A stretch of 32,823 nt of DNA. Source: Betaproteobacteria bacterium (lineage in GTDB: Bacteria; Pseudomonadota; Gammaproteobacteria; Burkholderiales; SG8-39). The first letter of the stretch is position 1. Each line of letters opens with the position of its first letter. Positions 28,884 to 32,823 of this stretch are shown piece by piece. The stretch is from the NCBI GenBank assembly GCA_012274205.1, contig JAAOZY010000130.1:1-32823 (forward strand), in the 5' to 3' direction. Under the pieces are notes generated by a model. It was given only the letters and a program-made list of their open reading frames with translations. It had not been told where the DNA came from and searched no databases. The position numbers were made by a program, and so were the translations under genes.

Positions 28884-31800
28884 ATGAAGCGCAGGCCGCA
28901 GGAAACGGGGCAGAAACCGGCGTACAAGGCCGATGCGCATGGCGCGGGTGCGCCGCCCGCCGGCGCGGCAGCGCCCGTCTACACGGGCGACTCCGGCCTG
29001 CGCAGCGTATTCGAACAATCGCCCGACCCGGCCTGGATCATCGACGGCCATCATTTCGTCGAAGCCAATGCGGCTGCCCGGGCCGCCATCGGCTATACCG
29101 ACAAGGCCGAATTCCTGCGCCTGCACCCGTCCCAAATTTCGCCCGAACTGCAGCCCGACGGCGAGTCCTCCTACCTCAAGGCCGAGCGCCACATGCGCAC
29201 CGCGGAGGGGCAGGGGGTGCACCGCTTCGAATGGGTGCACCGCCGCAGCGACGGGACGCCGTTTCCGGTCGAGGTGACCCTGGCGGCAATCGACCTGCAC
29301 GGCCGCCAGGCGCTGTATTGCATCTGGCGCGACATCACCGAACGCAAGCGCGCGGACCAGCTGTTGCGCCTGGAGCATGCGGTCGCGCGCCAGCTTGCCG
29401 ATGCCGACAGCGCAAGCGCCGGCCTGAAGGCGGTGATCCGCACCGTGTGCGAAACGCAGGACTGGGCGCGCGGCACCTACTGGCGCGTCGACACGGCCGC
29501 GGACGTACTGCGCTTCAGCGAGTTCTGGAACGTTCCCGGTACCGAATTCGAGCGCTACACCGAGCGTTCGCGCGACATGGTGTTCAAGCGCGGCGCCGGA
29601 TTGGTGGGCCGGGCATGGCAGTCGGCCGAACCGCTGTGGGCCGCGGATCTGGTCAATGATCCGCGCGTGCTGGTAAAGGCGCTGGCGCAGGAGACCAGCG
29701 TGCGCGGCATGTTCGTTTTTCCCGTGCTCTCGGATGGAACGGTGATCGGCGTGCTGGTCTTCGCCAGCCGCGAAGTGCGCCAGCCCGACACGCGCCTGCT
29801 GGCGGCGGCGCAGGTCATCGGCAGCCAGGTCGGACAGTTCCTGCAGCGCAAGCAGGCGGAAGAGGCGCTGCGCACCAGCGAAGCGCGCTATCGCGCGCTC
29901 ACCGAGCTATCGTCCGACTGGTATTGGGAACAGGACGAAAACCTGCGTTTCACGCGCATATCGCGGCAAACCCTGGGGCACGAGGATATCGGGGGGAGCA
30001 TCTTCCTCGGACACACGCGCCGCAGTGCGCCGGGCGTGCGCTGGGACGAGATGGAACTGGCGGCGCTGGAGGTGATCACGGCGTCGAGGCGGCCGTTCCG
30101 CGATTTCGAGATCGGCCGCAGCTACCTCGGCGGCCCGAAATATTACGTGCAGATGAACGGCGAACCCGTGTTCGACCAAAGCGGGCGCTTCGCCGGTTAT
30201 CGCGGCATCGGCAAGGACGTTACCGAGCGCAAGCGCCGCGACGAGGGGCTGCGCATTTTCCGCGCGGCGATGAACGCCACCGCAGACGGCATTTATCTGG
30301 TCGACCGCTCGAGCATGCGCTTCATCGATGTCAACGAAGCGGCATGCCGCATGCAGGGGCGCACGCGCGAGGAAGTGCTCGCCCTCGGCCCGCACGAGGT
30401 GCTGTCGCTATCGCGCGAGGAATTAGAGCGCAGTTACGACGAGTTCATCGCCAGCGGCAGCGGCACCCAGCGCTTTGAGCTGCTGCGTCCGCGCAAAAAC
30501 GGCGCGCACGCCTGGGTCGAGCTGGAGCGCAGCGCCCAGCGCTGGGGCGACAGCTGGATGATCGTCACCGTGGTGCGCGACATCAGCGCGCACAAACGCG
30601 CGGAGCAGACCATACGGCATCGCAGCGCGCAGCAAAGCCTGATTGCGAGCTTCGGCCAGCAGGCGCTGGCCAGCGCTCACCTCGACGACCTGCTGGCGCG
30701 CGCGGTCGCAGTCGTCACCGAAGGTGTGGACGCAGGCTGGTGCAGGATCCTGCTGCTCACGCCCGACCGGCGCACGCTGGTGCTCAAGGCCGGCAGCGGC
30801 TGGGAGCCGGGCTGGATCGAGCGGACGTTCGAGGCGGTCGATGCAAACACCCAGGACCGCTACGTACTCGACGCCGGCGAGCCGGTGGTGGTCGAGGATT
30901 TCGCGCGCGAATCCCGTTTCGCCGCGTCGGCGATGCTCGCCGCGCACGCCCTCGGCAGCGGCATCGATGTCCCGATCGGCGCTGCCGACGGGCGGATCGG
31001 GATCCTGGGGGCGTATGCGCGCGAACCGCGCCGCTTCAGCAGTGACAGCATCGACTTTCTGCGCAGCGTTGCCAACATCATTCAGACCGCGGTCGAGCGC
31101 AAGGCGGTCGAGGACAAACTCGCCTATCTGGCGCAGTTCGACAGCGTCACCGGACTGCCGAACCGCAGCCTGTTTCTCGATCGCCTTTCCCAGATGCTGA
31201 CGCAGGCGCAGCGCAACGGCTGGCTCGCGGGCGTCGTTTTCGTCGACCTTGATCGCTTCAAGGCGGTCAACGACACCTACGGCCACAGCGTCGGCGACAG
31301 CCTGCTGCGCCTGGTCGCGCAGCGGCTGACCGAGAGCGTGCGCGCCGGGGACAGCGTCGGCCGCCTGGGCGGGGACGAATTCGCCATTGCGCTGTCGTCG
31401 CTGGGCAAGGCCGACGACGCCAGCCTGGTGGCGCAAAAGGTGGTCGAAGCGCTGGCGCGCCCGTTCGATCTGGCCGAGCACGCGATCTACGCCACCGCGA
31501 GCCTGGGGGTCGCGATCTATCCGGGCGACGGCACCGATGCCGATACACTGCTGAAAAACGCCGACATCGCCATGTATCGCGCCAAGGAACACGGCCGCAA
31601 CGCCTACCAGTTCTACCTGCCGCAAATGAACGAGCGCGCGGAAAAGCGCATGCGCCTGGAAGCACAGCTGCGCGGCGCGCTCGAGCGCGGGGAGTTCCTG
31701 CTGCACTACCAGGCCAAGGCGGACCTTCGCAGCGGAGCGATCAGCGGCTTCGAGGCGCTGCTGCGCTGGCGCCATCCCGAACGCGGGTTGGTGCAGCCGC

Positions 31801-32453
31801 TCGAATTCATCTCCATTCTCGAAGACACCGGGCTGATCGTGCCGGTCGGCAAATGGGTGGTGCGAACGGCATGCGAGCAGCTCGCCAGCTGGCGCGCCGC
31901 AGGCGTTGCGCCGCGCCCGATCGCAATCAACCTGTCGGCGCGCCAGTTCCAGCAGAAGGATCTCGACAGCTCGATCGGCGACATCCTCAGGGACACCGGC
32001 GCCGATCCTTCCCTGCTGGAGTTCGAGCTTACCGAATCGCTGCTGATGAACGATGCCGAGGACGCGGTGCGCACCCTGAAGCGGATGAAAGCCTACGGCC
32101 TGCGCCTGTCGGTGGACGACTTCGGCACCGGCTACTCCAGTCTTGCCTATCTCAAACGCTTCCCCCTGGACGCGCTCAAGATCGACCGCGCCTTCGTGCG
32201 CGATGTCACCAGCGATCCCGACGATGCGACCATCGTGCTCACCATCATCAACCTGGCGCACAGCCTCAGGCTCAAGGTCGTGGGCGAGGGCGTCGAGTCG
32301 GCGGAGCAGCTGCGTTTTCTCGGCGCGCACGGCTGCGACGAAATTCAGGGCTACCACTTCGCCCGGCCGCTGCCGGCTGCGGACTGCACCCGCATGCTGA
32401 TCGAGGACCGCCGCCTGCCGCGCGCGCCGCGTGCAAGCGGAGAATCGTTCTGA
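28884..32453 (+). CDS. PAS-GAF-PAS-PAS-GAF-GGDEF-EAL diguanylate cyclase/phosphodiesterase
   Basis: PAS ends RDITERK, KDVTERK, RDISAHK; two GAF-like segments; RLGGDEF with RAGD I-site; FEALLRW, FELTES, DDFGTGYSSL. Start ATG 28884 is my choice. Confidence 0.95.
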   Translation: MKRRPQETGQKPAYKADAHGAGAPPAGAAAPVYTGDSGLRSVFEQSPDPAWIIDGHHFVEANAAARAAIGYTDKAEFLRLHPSQISPELQPDGESSYLKAERHMRTAEGQGVHRFEWVHRRSDGTPFPVEVTLAAIDLHGRQALYCIWRDITERKRADQLLRLEHAVARQLADADSASAGLKAVIRTVCETQDWARGTYWRVDTAADVLRFSEFWNVPGTEFERYTERSRDMVFKRGAGLVGRAWQSAEPLWAADLVNDPRVLVKALAQETSVRGMFVFPVLSDGTVIGVLVFASREVRQPDTRLLAAAQVIGSQVGQFLQRKQAEEALRTSEARYRALTELSSDWYWEQDENLRFTRISRQTLGHEDIGGSIFLGHTRRSAPGVRWDEMELAALEVITASRRPFRDFEIGRSYLGGPKYYVQMNGEPVFDQSGRFAGYRGIGKDVTERKRRDEGLRIFRAAMNATADGIYLVDRSSMRFIDVNEAACRMQGRTREEVLALGPHEVLSLSREELERSYDEFIASGSGTQRFELLRPRKNGAHAWVELERSAQRWGDSWMIVTVVRDISAHKRAEQTIRHRSAQQSLIASFGQQALASAHLDDLLARAVAVVTEGVDAGWCRILLLTPDRRTLVLKAGSGWEPGWIERTFEAVDANTQDRYVLDAGEPVVVEDFARESRFAASAMLAAHALGSGIDVPIGAADGRIGILGAYAREPRRFSSDSIDFLRSVANIIQTAVERKAVEDKLAYLAQFDSVTGLPNRSLFLDRLSQMLTQAQRNGWLAGVVFVDLDRFKAVNDTYGHSVGDSLLRLVAQRLTESVRAGDSVGRLGGDEFAIALSSLGKADDASLVAQKVVEALARPFDLAEHAIYATASLGVAIYPGDGTDADTLLKNADIAMYRAKEHGRNAYQFYLPQMNERAEKRMRLEAQLRGALERGEFLLHYQAKADLRSGAISGFEALLRWRHPERGLVQPLEFISILEDTGLIVPVGKWVVRTACEQLASWRAAGVAPRPIAINLSARQFQQKDLDSSIGDILRDTGADPSLLEFELTESLLMNDAEDAVRTLKRMKAYGLRLSVDDFGTGYSSLAYLKRFPLDALKIDRAFVRDVTSDPDDATIVLTIINLAHSLRLKVVGEGVESAEQLRFLGAHGCDEIQGYHFARPLPAADCTRMLIEDRRLPRAPRASGESF

Positions 32454-32823
32454 TACGAACGCAATGGCCAGCAGTCTGGGCTGCCATCGCCACGGGCATC
32501 GTTGCAGCTGCCTGCGTCGGCAAGCTGCCCCCGGCGATCCCCCTGCTGCGCCAGGAGTTCGGCCTGTCGCTGGTCGCGGCAGGCTGGGTCAACTCGACCT
32601 TCAATACGCTGGCGGTGAGCACTGCGGTGTTTTTCGGCGCGCTCGCAAGCCGCTACGGTGCACTGCGCTGCTGCGCCGCAGGACTTGCCGCCCTGATGCT
32701 GGGAGGAGCGCTCGGCGCGGCCGCGACCGGCGCCGGCATGCTGTTCGCCTCGCGCATTGTCGAAGGCGCGGGTTTCATTTCGATCGCGGTGTCGGCGCCT
32801 GCGCTGGTCACCGTGGCCAGCGC
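32450..32823 (+). CDS. MFS transporter (CynX/NimT-like), partial at window end
   Basis: Manual translation gives RTQWPAVWAAIATGIVAAACVGKLPPAIPLLRQEFGLSLVAAGW...SRIVEGAGF. Start is uncertain (CTG 32450). Confidence 0.8.
   Translation, partial: MIRTQWPAVWAAIATGIVAAACVGKLPPAIPLLRQEFGLSLVAAGWVNSTFNTLAVSTAVFFGALASRYGALRCCAAGLAALMLGGALGAAATGAGMLFASRIVEGAGFISIAVSAPALVTVAS

Overview
High-GC chromosomal window, most likely from a betaproteobacterium (inferred from gene content). It has no rRNA, tRNA, CRISPR array, transposase or phage gene that I can support. Coding content: housekeeping genes prfC and ettA; many secondary transporters (partial Bug/TctC, a membrane-anchored TAXI-like protein, a DctPQM TRAP, a TAXI plus fused TRAP, a partial MFS); an atypical FeoB; an organic-acid catabolic cluster (HpaH-like hydratase, NIPSNAP, RraA-like, HpaI-like aldolase, 2-hydroxyacid and 3-hydroxyacyl-CoA dehydrogenases); an AbfD-type 4-hydroxybutyryl-CoA dehydratase behind an FNR-like promoter; and several cyclic-nucleotide signalling genes (YcgR-like PilZ, two class III cyclases, a PAS/GAF-GGDEF-EAL protein). 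The best leads are: (1) a ~110 bp MITE-like element in three copies, whose 25-31 nt internal cassette is flipped relative to the flanks in one copy and whose arms covary; (2) a candidate orphan multi-hairpin sRNA at ~470-617 followed by a decaying tandem array of its own terminator; (3) a membrane adenylate cyclase / type-1-copper cupredoxin / outer-membrane beta-barrel module; (4) a FeoB lacking the G2/G3 GTPase motifs. All calls come from reading motifs by eye; no database search was run.
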